Both the position numbers and the translations under genes were made by a program. A stretch of 59,819 nt of DNA, the filler included, from Basidioascus undulatus (taxonomy: Eukaryota), in assembly GCA_000826855.1 (NCBI GenBank). It is 7 parts of 7 records of this genome, joined end to end, with 100 filler letters (N's around TTAATTAATTAA, not from the genome) between each part and the next. Parts side by side here need not be neighbours in the genome. Positions count along the whole stretch, not along the records: positions 1 to 8,507 come from JTLS01001382.1; positions 8,608 to 17,077 come from JTLS01001385.1; 5 more parts are not named here. One strand, written 5' to 3'. How positions within the stretch are numbered: position 1 is the first letter of the stretch; each line of letters begins with the position of its first letter. Under the pieces are notes generated by a model, which made no database searches, was not told where the DNA came from, and saw nothing but the letters and a program-made list of their open reading frames with translations. Of the stretch, positions 1 to 12,670 are shown piece by piece.

Positions 1-925
<925 letters not shown>

Positions 926-2299
926 ACGGTCACCGGGTCGTTTCCGCTTTGTTTTCGCATACCTTCGCTTTTCTTGCTCCCCCTTCGTCCGCCCTCGTCC
1001 ACTTTGCACCTCTACACCCCTCTTCGCAACCGTCCCCAAAACCCGTACTATAGCCGCCCTTTGGTTCCCCCCTTCCGGTCTCTCCCCTCTCCCTCCCGGT
1101 TTCTTTGCCTCTGGGTCGGGTCGTATAGTGCTTGCGGTCCCAACCCCCCTTTTTCTTTTCGCTACGTATCAGACTCTCGGTCGCCTTTTTTTCTTCTTTT
1201 CATCAACACTGAATACACAAAAGTGAATGACTTGACTCGAGCGGCGGTGCGGTATGGGCTGTGCGTTAGCGGTTGACGTGTCCAGGTCATAGCCCACATC
1301 GTACTCGCGCACCCTACCCTTCACACCCAGACGCATCCATCACTCGGTGCTCGCAAAGTCAAGTGCACTGTCTTCTCACAGTTCTTGTTGCCGTCGCTTC
1401 CGATTCTTCGTGCATCGAGGTACCGACTCCCGCCGTGATTTCCACGTCCCACATCCGCCTCGTGGGTGGCGTGCTTGCCCACGGTCTCTTCCCTTCAGTC
1501 TCGGTTTCACTATCTCGCTGTTTGAACACTCAGTGCTTGTGATTTCCAAGGCCTGGAAGTCCAGTCAAAGATGTCTTGTCGTCGGTGTTCAGGTGGCAGT
1601 CGTGGCACACAGACGCCATAAAGGAGAGACCAGCGGCGTCCTGGTCTGTGATGTTCCATCGGCCTCAGCAACCACTGTTTCATACGGGATTCGAGAATAC
1701 TCTTCGATTTTACCGTGTCCCTTCCATGTATCTGACATGTCATGCGCGTGAACTTCCTATCCCTTCGTAGCTCTGCAGCGCAGGAAGGGTTTGGTGGGAG
1801 GAAAGCTGTCGAAGAGTAGGTGTGCAATGAAAGAGCCAGAAGCCCGGCTTGAGGACGCTGATGTTACTTAAGAGTGACACCGAGGTCGCTTTGAGGTCGG
1901 GCCTGAGCCGGAAAGGAGACGCGGGTATGGGATGGTGGTGGTTGGTGGTCAAGAGGCAACCTCGGCGTGCGCGCGGTTCAGTTACGTCGTCCTTCGTACT
2001 CGACTTTGCTGCGCTCTCGGCTGGATAGCAAGTACGACGCACGCGCCAACGAGCCCGGCAAACACAAGGAAGGTGAGAAGCTGCGATATCAAAGACAGAT
2101 TAATACTTAGATCATGATACACTTACGAAGGCCAGCATGTGTTGACCGCTGTTCACCGAACTTATCTTCTCTACCGCTTGAAAATCTGTTTTGGGTGTGC
2201 GTCACGTCAGAATGAAGAAAAAAATTCGGAGCAGATAATCTGGACTTTTGGGCTCGCAGAAGGGTAGGTGGTACGTCGGGACCATAACCCCAATCATCA

Positions 2300-4081
2300 C
2301 CATAGGGCATTGAGAGACACGATCCAGCCTGGGTACGGTCACGCAGCAGAGCGAGGGGAAGAGCGCGGGACCGCTGGCGGTGTTCCCAAAAAATGAAGAC
2401 AGGCACTGGAAGCGATTATGCAGTCAAACATTACTTAGAATATCTAGGTATTCAATTACTGTCGGGGAACGGAAAATTCACTTACAGAAGGCAGCGAATA
2501 TGCAGAAGGGGACGATGATTTGTACGGAGTCCCCTGCCGCACTCATTTCAGCGAACGTGTTCCATTATGAAAGTGTACTAGGAACTACACGACTAGACGC
2601 TTCCTCCCTACTGAAGAAGCAAAAGCAGTGAGATGGTCAAGCCGATGATGAGGACTGCGCCGATCCAGTCGACTTGTTTCCAATTTTGCGGATGATCTTG
2701 GTTACCCGCTCCGGGAGGCGGCCGCATGGAGTCCTGGGAGACTTTCAACTATTAATACACTTAATAATAATGGGGTATTTTTACGGACGATTGCTTCATT
2801 AGGACAAAGAGGACAATGACTGTGATCCAGAAACCTGCAAGACACAGATGTCATGGTTAGACTCGACGTCCAGCCTATCACACCCTCAGACGAGGCTCTG
2901 TTTTACTGGAAGATCGAGCCAAAAAGCAATCCCTCCAGCTGTCCCGGTCAACAAATGCTGCAGAGGCGGGGTTTGATTAGTGAGTCTGTACACGGCAAAC
3001 TGCCCCATGCGGTGTGCAACGACGCACCGCCTCCGATCAGAGGACCAACGATAATGACCATGCCCGAACATGCGCCCATCAGCCCTAGGGAGCCGCAGTT
3101 TTCAGCATGTCTCTGGATTTGAGTGAAAAGTAAAGGAGACCGAAGCGCATCAAACAACTTTGGTCGAGTTTCGAGGCTGGCAATCTGCACTTCTGTCCCA
3201 AGAGATCTGACGCTGATCATTTGCACAGGTTATGAGCCCCGGTCCTTCTTAGAGGTTGGCGTGCTAACTTTACGCCTGCACCGCCCAAGACCGCCAACGC
3301 GCGCCCGAAGATGAGAACTTCGATTCGAGGTGCAAGGGCGCAGATCAGGCTGCCGACCCAGAAGAGAGCCAACGCCGAGATGAAGCAGTGCTTCGTCGAG
3401 AAGATAGTAAGCATCTGACCAAAAACCTGTATGCAATAATTGTCACTAGTTCAGTCTCGATCCCACACACTACCAGGAAGGCCTACAAAGGTTACCCCGG
3501 CTTGTGCCAGAAGGTAGGCTGCCGGTATTTAATCAGCTATACGTGACCGCGGTGGAAATGCTCCAAGGGAACAGACATGCTACGACCCAGGTTATGTTGT
3601 CAAAAGCGTGGAGGTCCGAGACGCTGGACAGAGGTCGGGTTTGTTGTGAGCAGGAGGAGCAGTCGGCAAAGTAGATTTTCCGTCTCCTGCGCACATTGTC
3701 GGGAGCGCTGTGGCCAGGATGGTCTGGCATAATTGATTAGTAGGTGAATTTATAAGCTTGTGGAAATGAACAGCTCACTGAATCAAGTGCAACAAGGACT
3801 TCATGAAGTGAAAGGGTCACTTTGCCGTTCGGACGATGCGATAGCGATAGCGCACAACTCACAAACTGAAAGTGCCATTCCAAGGGAGACCGCTGGGTCG
3901 GCTGGAGCAGAAACGTATTGCTGACGCTTAAATTTCCGCTACTCACAGGCAAGCTTAAACCTGTAAGGTACCCTCGGTTGCGATTGTATCCTGTTGTCCC
4001 GCTTGGATGCTGTCCTGCTTCATCGTGTCGGTTTGAGGGTCGCGGGTTTTCCACAAGCGCGATATCTTGAGAGACGCTCAT
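2300..4081 (-). pseudogene. DHA2-type MFS drug/efflux transporter, degenerate and apparently 3'-truncated
   Basis: Exonic fragments LHAFDNITWVV, LTIFSTKHCFISALALFWVGSLICALAPRIEVLIFGRALAVLGGAG, IIVGPLIGG, VDWIGAVLIIGLTISLLLLLQ*GG (TAG at 2608-2610 where W is expected), FIFWEHRQRSRALPLALLRDRTQ; the 3' limit is approximate. Confidence 0.75.
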
Positions 4082-5651
4082 GTCTTTGTTGAGAGAGTAA
4101 GTTGTTTTGATGTGAGAGAAGGAAGAGAGGACCTGTAAGTGATTCGTTGCTTTATGTATCATTACCGAGAAGGCTGTCCGAAAGGATGCAGCTTGCGTAC
4201 GCGTCTGCGCTGGCACTGCTGTTCAACGCGAGTCCAGTGGGCGCCTTGGGGCTGCCTGGGGTGTCCGCATGTGTGTTGGACCCCTTCCAAATTTTCACCT
4301 AGAGGGTAGGTACTGAAATCAGCATGACCTGCCAAGTATTTGTGGATCACTCACTTGTCCATGCAAGTGCGTTGCCGCTGTCCACATGTAGCTGTCTTCG
4401 CTGCACATTTAATACTGGCAACTACAGTAGTACATCTTCAGGACAGGGTCTTCCTTCTCTCCTTCCGAGGTGTAGATACTCTCGGGAATAAAAAAAGCTG
4501 GACCAACAAGTTGCTGTGTGGATTGAACCTAACAACGAGCTGCATCTGCAGAAGGAAGCTACAGCTTGATTTTGCCTGGAAGCAGATGAGCGGCGTGGCG
4601 AGCCCGCCTAATGCGGTGGCTATTTTATCGGCGGAATGGAATGTTTATGGAGAAACTGCACCGAGGATGCACAGCGTGCTTGGGGAATCGTTCACACGAG
4701 CAGCTTGATGGAAAGGGAAGAAACGCCGTGTCTGTGCGTTGATGTCCGGTCCTTCCTTAGACGTGATGGTCCCTTGCGAGGAAATTAACATCTTTAACGA
4801 TATAATGCCCCAAGGAGGTTCAATCCTGCGGAGGCCGTGATCCTAGATTCAACGTTCGCACGTTCGCTACTGAAAGTCGCCGTTGGCCCTCTCCCATCTC
4901 AGCCCACTCGAGAAGACCTCATGCCTTCCAATTTGAACAATTGGTGGCAGACAAACACAAGTCCTTTTTTCAAGGGACAAAGAAGGTCCAGCAACGCGAC
5001 AATGAGGCAGCGGCGTCTTCTCGCTGTCCGGTCGGTTGAGCAACAGCAGAGGCATGCGGGTCTGTGCACGCGATCACCTTTCAGGTTGCATTCGACAGTT
5101 GTGAGCGAAAAAGAATCAGTGTTTACTGGAGCAATCTTGAGCTCGTGGGGCTGTACAGACGGTGAAAGGGCTCCCAAGCGCGCATCTAGCCCAACCACTC
5201 CTCACACAATAGACATGCCCAGCTAAAGTATACTTGTCAAGATCACATCTTTAACTATCGCGCATCAAGCTTCAAGTAGACCAACAGAATCAACCAACCA
5301 ACAGAAGCCTCTCGACTCGAGCTGGGGGCGTCGAGTGAGGAAGGGGAAGAGAAAGACGGAAAGAGGGCGGACGAAACAAAGCGATGGGGGTGGAGTTTAA
5401 AAGTACAAATCGTGCGAGTGTGTGTGTGTGCGATGGATGAGTGGGTTACGGAACGAAACAGCATACTAAGGAAGGAACACAAGAAGGTGGCGAGCCGCGC
5501 GCGCGCACGCGAGTCGCGTGCGTCACGGCGCGGAAGACAGATGCGAGACGCAACGGTAGTCGGTCGGAGAGAGGAGCGTAGGGTATTGCGTGGGCGGGTC
5601 GCGGGAGGGCGGGAAGAGGAAGGGAGGTGAGAGGGGAGGACGCGGCGACGA

Positions 5652-6747
5652 TTAGAGCTCAATCACGCCGGGCAGGGAGCCAAACGTGTTCTCGCCTGAG
5701 TAGGTGACGTAGAGGAAGTGGTCCTCGTCACTGCAAACGCCCGGACGTACACTTGTCAAAAAAGCCAAGTGGGGAAGATTGGACAGGAGAGCGAATACGC
5801 ACGCGTGCTCGGCGTACACGGCGGACATGAGCGCCGCGGTCGGGGGCAGCTCCTCATTGACGAAGATGAAGATGGCCTATCTCCGTGCACCCGTCAGCAT
5901 GCCTGTTCCTCAGCCCACTCCAAATATATTGTGGAACCAGCTACGCACCTTCTCCGGCGCCAGCTTGATCCGCTTCCGGATAACGTAGACGAATTGGCCG
6001 ACGGTCAGGTCCTGCGGCCGGAACAAGATGAGCAACTGTGGGACTGGGCTGGGAGGAGCGAGGAGCGGATAGGGAGAGGACGCACAGAGGGAACAAGGTA
6101 CTTCTTCTTGTCGATCGTGGGGATGTCGGTCCGCTCTGCCTTTTCGCAGATGACCTGTTGTGCGTGGAAGGAAGGGGGGGATGGTCAGTAAGCGGTACGA
6201 CGCAGAGCGGTTCCGCCTGCGCAGATGGAAAGCTTGTCGGGTAACGGAGATACGCCACGAGTAGCCTCCACAAGAGCCCACCTCCGCACTAGCGACCGCG
6301 ACGCGGACACAAGCGAGACAAAGGAAGCGGGACGCACGGGGATCCGATCGGGGTACTTTGCCCTAATGCGCTCTGCCTCGGCCTTGCGCTTGTCTGGTCG
6401 CGCACCCATCGCGCACAACACAACAGCACGAGAGATCAAACAAAGATCGAACGAACAGCGTGCGAGTTGGCGGTGGGTTGCACGAGAGGGGAGCACCGCA
6501 CAGACACGTGATTGGGTTTGGGATCGAGCGGAACGGTGGCGTGGGGATATGCGCATGCGAGCAAGACGAAGATGGAGATTGACCAGATTAGTATGCGAGT
6601 GGTATGATATGAGTGCGGATCGATGGGTAGGTGAGAATGGGGAATGAGAGCGACGACACGGGGGGTAAGCCAATGATGCCCGTGTAGTATCAGCACGCCA
6701 GAGCACGCACCGAACGGGTGCTCGTCCTTGAACTTGGAGCGCGCCAT
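5652..6747 (-). CDS. ATG8: Autophagy-related ubiquitin-like protein Atg8
   Basis: Exons [123 protein letters not shown]. Confidence 0.98.
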
Positions 6748-8085
6748 GCTGGGTGGATGTGTGGTGGAGGGAAAACCCAGAAAATATAAAGGGCGTCGGG
6801 TGTGGGCGTGCGGGTGAGCGTGTGAGCGTGTGAGTGTGTGGTGGATGGTGTTCAAGAGGGGCGGAGCGGAAGCGGACGGCAGGGTCGCTGGGTGGGACAC
6901 GCGTTGAGTCGTCGGTTGCGCGGGAACGTCCGAGGGATGCCCGTGGCAGTCCGTCACAGTCGCATCCAAAACGCACCCAAACGCTGTCTCAAGTTACCTT
7001 ATGGTGGTTGTACATTTTATAATCTTCTGAGGCCGTTATTAGAAACTTCATAACAGCTCCTGAGGTATCAGAACGGTGCTTTTGAAACGACGAAGGCAGC
7101 TTCCAGGCTGTCATACCGCAGAACACGCCCCAGCAGTTCTAGCGCTGGATTCAGCCGACCACCGTACAGGTTCAAAGATTAAGTTGCCTAAGTCACTCGA
7201 ATATGTGCAACACCGGAATGCCGTTGAACAGCTCACCCGAACAGAATCGTACTTGATGAACAACAACCGCCTGACCGGCTCACAATCAGCTCTGCTTTCC
7301 CAAATCCGGCCTACTCGGACAGAATCACGCTTAGGAAATTCGCTCTATCCCCCGCGCTCCCGCCAAACAACCTCTTTGAAAGCGCAGTCGCTGAGCTCAA
7401 GACAATGTTGTGCCTGCCACCGCCGGGCTAGCCTCCCCCGCGGACACTCCATTCTTGTCGACGCTCAGGTTGGCATGGAATTGATTTGGTCCCGTCAATT
7501 AACCAGGCTAAAGATTCAGTAAGATCTAGCTGGGTTTTCTTACCGCCCGTCAAGCATAAATGAGCATCGACGTTTGACAGCAATTGCAGCCAATTTACTC
7601 TGCAGTCTCCAAGATTCTGAGATCATGCGCTGCCGTTCGAATTGCTCAAAGTTCAAAATTTGGGAAATATGTGTGCGTTTGCAAAGTATAGTGTTTCAGC
7701 GTTCGATAGCAAGAGCCGAACAGGGCTGCTCCGAAGAGAACCTCCGTAACGCCGCGGGTGCATTCCTGACGACTTCAAGTTCTTCAATCGTGCAAAAGCA
7801 ATGGCCATGTTTTCGAAGCGTGTTGACCTCAACAAACGGTGCTTGAGGCTATAGGAAGTACACCACGCTCGCTTCCAACGCCTCACAACCCCCTCTTAAC
7901 AGCCCTACCACAGCGATGCCTTGCTCTCCCCGTGCTCACAATTTGAGCATCAAACATTCCGCAAACGCTCAAAGCGGAGTAAGAAAGGCGGGAAAATGCA
8001 ATGCGGTGGCAGGTGATGCGATTTGGCGAATGCGAGGGTGATGCGAAGGGAGGTGAGAGTGCCGCCAGCCAGCAGCTCGACTAGA

Positions 8086-8507
8086 CTATACCAGGGCGGA
8101 ACGGGACGCGCGTTGCATGAGAGCAGCAGTAAGAGGGTGGGGGACGAAGAAGTGTCGCCGGCGGCGGCCGAAGCGGAGACGAGTGGGAGGGTAAGCGAAG
8201 TGTCGGGCAAGAGAGGCAAGTAGGAGGTGCGAACGCGGCGGCGGGGGAGGGATGCGAAGCGGCAGGGGCGATGAGAGAAGCAGTGGGCGGAGAGGGTGGA
8301 AGGCGGCGACGAAGTGCGAGGGTAAGTCGAGCATGTGCGACGGGGCGGTCACTGAGAGGGACGGCGCAAGAAGCTGCAAAATGGCGGAGTAAGTGAGCTT
8401 CTTTTCCGCCTACAACGGCACATAACGAGCGACGCACCCGTTCTCCCTCCACGCACGAGCATCGAAGCACCCATCGCTGATCCTCCCCTCCCCCCCCCCC
8501 CCACCCT
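8086..8507 (-). CDS. Hypothetical protein, 3' end only (contig edge)
   Basis: Exon ...QRWVLRCSCVEGER, GTGCGT...TTTTGCAG intron, then open terminal exon LLAPSLSVTAPSHMLDLP...RSALV*; no family recognised. Confidence 0.35.
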
Positions 8508-8607
8508 NNNNNNNNNNNNNNNNNNNNNNNNNNNNNNNNNNNNNNNNNNNNTTAATTAATTAANNNNNNNNNNNNNNNNNNNNNNNNNNNNNNNNNNNNN
8601 NNNNNNN
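8508..8607. other. Artificial contig-joining spacer
   Basis: N44-TTAATTAATTAA-N44 (stop codons in all six frames). Confidence 0.99.
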
Positions 8608-9259
8608 TCGGGTGAGAATGTGACAGGGGAGGGCGAGAGTTTGTCAGGAAAGGGTGAGAGTGTAAGATGAGGAGAATGTGAGATGTGGATTGTAAAGCGA
8701 AAGTTATGAGGTGCACGAACGAGGTGGGTACGAGTCGGGAAAGGTCGGGTAGACGACGAGCATCGGCATCGCGTGCGGTTACTGAGATGGACGAGGGACC
8801 GGACAGCTAAATACAGGGTCGAGGATGCAGGATTGAGTGAACAAGGTCCGACGTCGAGGCGCAGGCACGTCCGGCGCGTTCTGGCGTTTGCCCGTACGTC
8901 TTGAAAGACGGCAAGAACGAAGTGGACAGATCGTAGCTCGAGTTCGCGTCGGGTGGACTCCCGCCGAGATGTAACGAGAGAAAGGCGTCTGAAATGAAGG
9001 TTGACTCCAGAGGAGATGGCTTTTGATCGAAGGTATGCGAGAGGATTGAGCTCGAACAGTGGGGTGCAACAAGCAGTGGCGTCCACGAGAGCAAGAACTG
9101 TTCGAAAGTGGAGCTTGAAGCAGCCTCGAGCTTGTTGCGCCTGGGGACTGAGAACAGAGGCTGTTGAACGATTTGAATGTGAGTGCTGCTAGTGGGACGA
9201 GTGTGAAATGTTTGAACTGATGTTGGTCGGGATCAACCAAGTTGGGCGGTGGGACACGA

Positions 9260-9302
9260 GCGGATTCGGCGGATTCGGGGCGGATTCGGGGCGGATTCGG
9301 GG
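9260..9302 (+). repeat. Short tandem repeat, about 4 copies of GCGGATTCGG(GG)
   Basis: Seen directly, about 100 bp upstream of the ATG at 9407. Confidence 0.8.
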
Positions 9303-9406
9303 CGTCATAATCGCTCACGAAGCTGTGACTTTCTCGAAACGCTTTACACTCTGCCTCCCTCGACGCTTGGCCGTTGATCTCACCACTGCTCCTCCCCAGA
9401 TTCAGC

Positions 9407-10306
9407 ATGCGGATACCCCTGGACGGTCGTCCACGAGTTCGTCTCTTCAGCGCACCCACTCGCATACGATTTCCCCTCGGACGTGTGGCACAGTCTTCTC
9501 GCACTGAGCCGCACCTCCCGCTCGCTTCGATCGCTCGTCCTGCCCCATTTCCGCTGCACGTCCATCGTCCACAGCGACGCTACCCTCTCATCGCTCCCCA
9601 ACATCCTCTCCCCTCGCTCGCTCGCGATCGATAAAGTCCCTGGCGTATGCCCTACGTTCAGGGACCAGAACCCCGCCTTGGAGCTGTTCCTCCTTGGCCG
9701 CACCCGCGCGCTCATCTCGAGCGTCGCACCCACGCTCGAGCGCCTCGCGGTCCGATCGATCCGGCACGGCCGGCAGTTCGGGATCCCTGCCGTCCCTGAC
9801 GAGCTCTGGCGCGCGCTGGCCGACCTGTAGAGACTTGAGGAGGTCAGCTTGTCGTGCACCCTCGTCTGGTTCTCCTCCCCTCCTTCGGAGGGTGTGTGGA
9901 CGCGTTGCACCGCACTGAAGCGACTCTACATCTCGGATCCCGCGGCCGACGCGGTGCCGTACCTCTCGGGCTCCCCGCGCTCTCCCATCTCGTCATCTGC
10001 TTCGCCGAGTACCCCATGGACCACACGATCGAAACACTCGAAGACAACCTCAGCCGCTTCCCGCCCGGCATGCGCATCGCGATAGTGGCACCTTCTGAGA
10101 GTCCCCTCCTTACGAGGAAGGCGAGCTCCCTCGTAGCGAAGGCGCAGGGTCTCGGGCGCCCTGCCGCTTCGGTTTCGGTACCCTCCTTCCCTTCGTGGGA
10201 GCCAGCTTCGGAGTGGCTGTGGCACTGCGTTTTGGACGGCACGCTCTGGGAGCATGGCGGTGGGGTCGTGAAGCTGGATGGGCATAACCAAAGCTTGGGG
10301 GAGTAG
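9407..10306 (+). pseudogene. F-box-like basidiomycete protein, disrupted; related to 40329-41245
   Basis: MRIPLD, frameshift, VVHEFV...LLALSRTSRSLRSLVL...LADL* (TAG 9828-9830) RLEEVSL...LKRLYI, second frameshift near 9970, ...EWLWHCVLDGTLWEH...*. Confidence 0.6.
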
Positions 10307-11788
10307 GAAATATCACGCTTTAGGGCGGCTGTGTCTGGCTATGTTTTCATTGGGCGCCGAGTGAGGGCCATGCATACTGTCGAAGTTCGCCATGTGTATC
10401 GTGCTGTGCTTTGCGTTCCATTTGCTGCGTCATGTTTAATTCAGTGTGTTCTGTCCGTTATAGTGGCCAGCTGGCAACGTGCAGCGCAGGACAGTCAGGA
10501 GTACCCGGCAGTGTGGTCCTGTCGAAATAATCGTGACCGTCGTACTTCCGGTCGTCGTACTTCTTGCCATCGTAGTTTTGTATATTTTCGTCTTACTTCT
10601 TTTTGCCGTCCTTGGAAAACAATGGAACGAAGCGCCCAGGTGCCGCATCGTGATGCATGTGCTGCGAGGATACACCCAGAACCTCAACCAATCGTACGTT
10701 CCCAATGAACCTGTCCATTTCCACTGGCGTTAGTAAGCAACAAGGCTTCGACCAAAGCCGCGACGTGCGTACCTCCCTCGACTCCTGCCACCGGTTGGTT
10801 GCGGAGGCCCGTCCAAGGCTTCAAGTCCGTCTCGGAGAGCCGCGCTCCTTACAAAATGCACTCGTGTGGGGGGGAAGCGCGCATTGATCGAGTTGGGGTT
10901 GGCGGGGCGTTCACGCGCAATCTCGCTTTCTCGCAATTTGTTCGCCCACTCGTCATGATATCCACTTTCCTTTATCCAAAAACAGTATTCACGCTGAAAT
11001 TGGTAACGAAAGTGTCTTCAGGACAGTCCTATTTCCCTTCTTCATGACACTGACGTCAAAGTGGACTTCCCAAATGGCGTCGCAAGCCCCACCCTAGCTA
11101 TCAGGCGCGTTGATCTAAGCCAGATTTCTAACCTCCTTTTCAAGCAAAAAGGGTTTGTTTTTGTTTTTGGCAAGAGTGAACGCAAAGGGCCTGATTCCGT
11201 GTCAGGCAGTCGAGTGGCCTTCGAGGCCACAGCTTTTCCCCCATTCATAACAGAGACAATCACCTCAGGGTGCCTCCATGGAGCCCTCAGCATCTTCAAT
11301 AATTTTAATACTCTCAAGACTGACCGATTCTGCTGTGAGACGAGCAAATAATCCCTGTTAGACAAACGGCCATGTTCAGAGGCACAACTGTCCTCAACAC
11401 GACCTCAGCACGCCGCAGCTACTTTAAGTAACAGCATTGGCTTCAGCATCATTCCCAGAAGTCAAAACTGAAATTTAAAGGAATACATTAACTGAACTTA
11501 TATAAACGTTATTCATGAGGATATAGAACCGAAAGTTGAGAAGTTTCTGTCGGTCTCCCCTTTTTTCTGTGCTTCAGACTTATGGCCGAACATTCCATCA
11601 ACACTAATAATTCACATTGTATTCTAAATAAGTGGTGGAAATGCCTTACAGCTGTAGCGGCAGACGAACTTGCTCAATGTGTGTTCTCCTTCCCATCGTG
11701 GACAAGTGGTTTCTCACTATCCTCTTCTCTAAGTCTCTCTCTTGATGCGATCTTTCTCTCTCTTGGACCGCCAAGCTACCCCCCCGCA

Positions 11789-12170
11789 TGCATGCACGTC
11801 AAGCAAGCCCTTGACAACTATTCCAAGCTATTCCCCAATCACAACATCCTCGTTTGCACCAACACAATCAAATCCCGCCGAGATTTGAAGAATATTGTGC
11901 ATCAGGCTGGAATGGATATCTCATTTACATCAACCTCGGCTGCAAGGGCTATGACATCTTCGTCTTTGAAAGCGATACGTACTTTCACCCTCTTAGGGGA
12001 CAGAAGCCTTGCTACTTTGGTCAATGTTACAGTATAGGGCTGATTGGATTTCCTTGAAAAAATTCCACAGTTATAGGAATTGGGCATTTCATGGGAGGTG
12101 GGTTAGGACAGGCCATGGCAACAAAGTCGTAATCTTTCAGAAGCCAAAGCTTGTCTTGTGTAGCTGTACT
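11789..12170 (+). pseudogene. YvgO-like small protein relic (GDGGxxNWAFxG motif family)
   Basis: Pieces across frames: VKQALDNYSKLFPNHNILVC, LGCKGYDIFVFESDTY, FTLLGDRS, intron remnant ending CACAG at 12070, YRNWAFHGRWVRTGHGNKVVIFQKP; at least two frameshifts and no intact splice donor. Confidence 0.55.
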
Positions 12171-12519
12171 CCTACATCTTATTCAGTGTTTTACTATATG
12201 AACATCAGGCCTCGCTTCTCTTTCTGAACAATATCTTCATCTTTGCTGGTGACTATAAGTTCCCCTTGAGCTCCTCCTGATTATGTATGTTACTTTTTCG
12301 TTGTAACTGAACCAGCTACTACCCTTCTTTGTTTTCCCTTCAAATTTTTTCGCGCTATTTACCGCCCGCCTCTTCTCACTGTACTCAGTGAGCCCACGAA
12401 CAGACACGCGCCGGCATAGCCTGCAACAAAGCCGAAGATCTAGCCTGGTTCAGGCCTTCCTGTGGGTAGGTGCGACCCTCCTTGAGCATGCCATTAAAGG
12501 TACGGTGAATTAGATGAGC

Positions 12520-12670
12520 AGGTGACGCCGAGTGGGGGGGGTGAGAATTCCCGCCAGGCCAAAGACGGTAGCGATGGACAGCACCAGTGTTTGGAAGATA
12601 GTCATTCCATTCACGGTGCCAAGGCTGCTCGCCCTGACTTTCATGATGATGATAATGTGCATCATTGGAA
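12520..12670 (-). pseudogene. Possible relic of an MFS transporter C-terminal segment
   Basis: HIIIIMKVRASSLGTVNGMTIFQTLVLSIATVFGLAG resembles the SLGxxNGxxQTxxSxARxxGP motif of fungal DHA1-like MFS proteins; isolated fragment. Confidence 0.3.

Noticed and set aside
8552..8563. Recurrent TTAATTAATTAA palindrome as a biological repeat or CRISPR-like element
   Set aside because: Always centred in exactly 44+44 Ns; it is a synthetic six-frame stop linker.
10479..10733. ORF with a long hydrophobic stretch (IIVTVVLPVVVLLAIVVLYIFVLLLFAVLG)
   Set aside because: Could be a transmembrane exon relic, but there is no clear ATG, splice structure or recognisable family.
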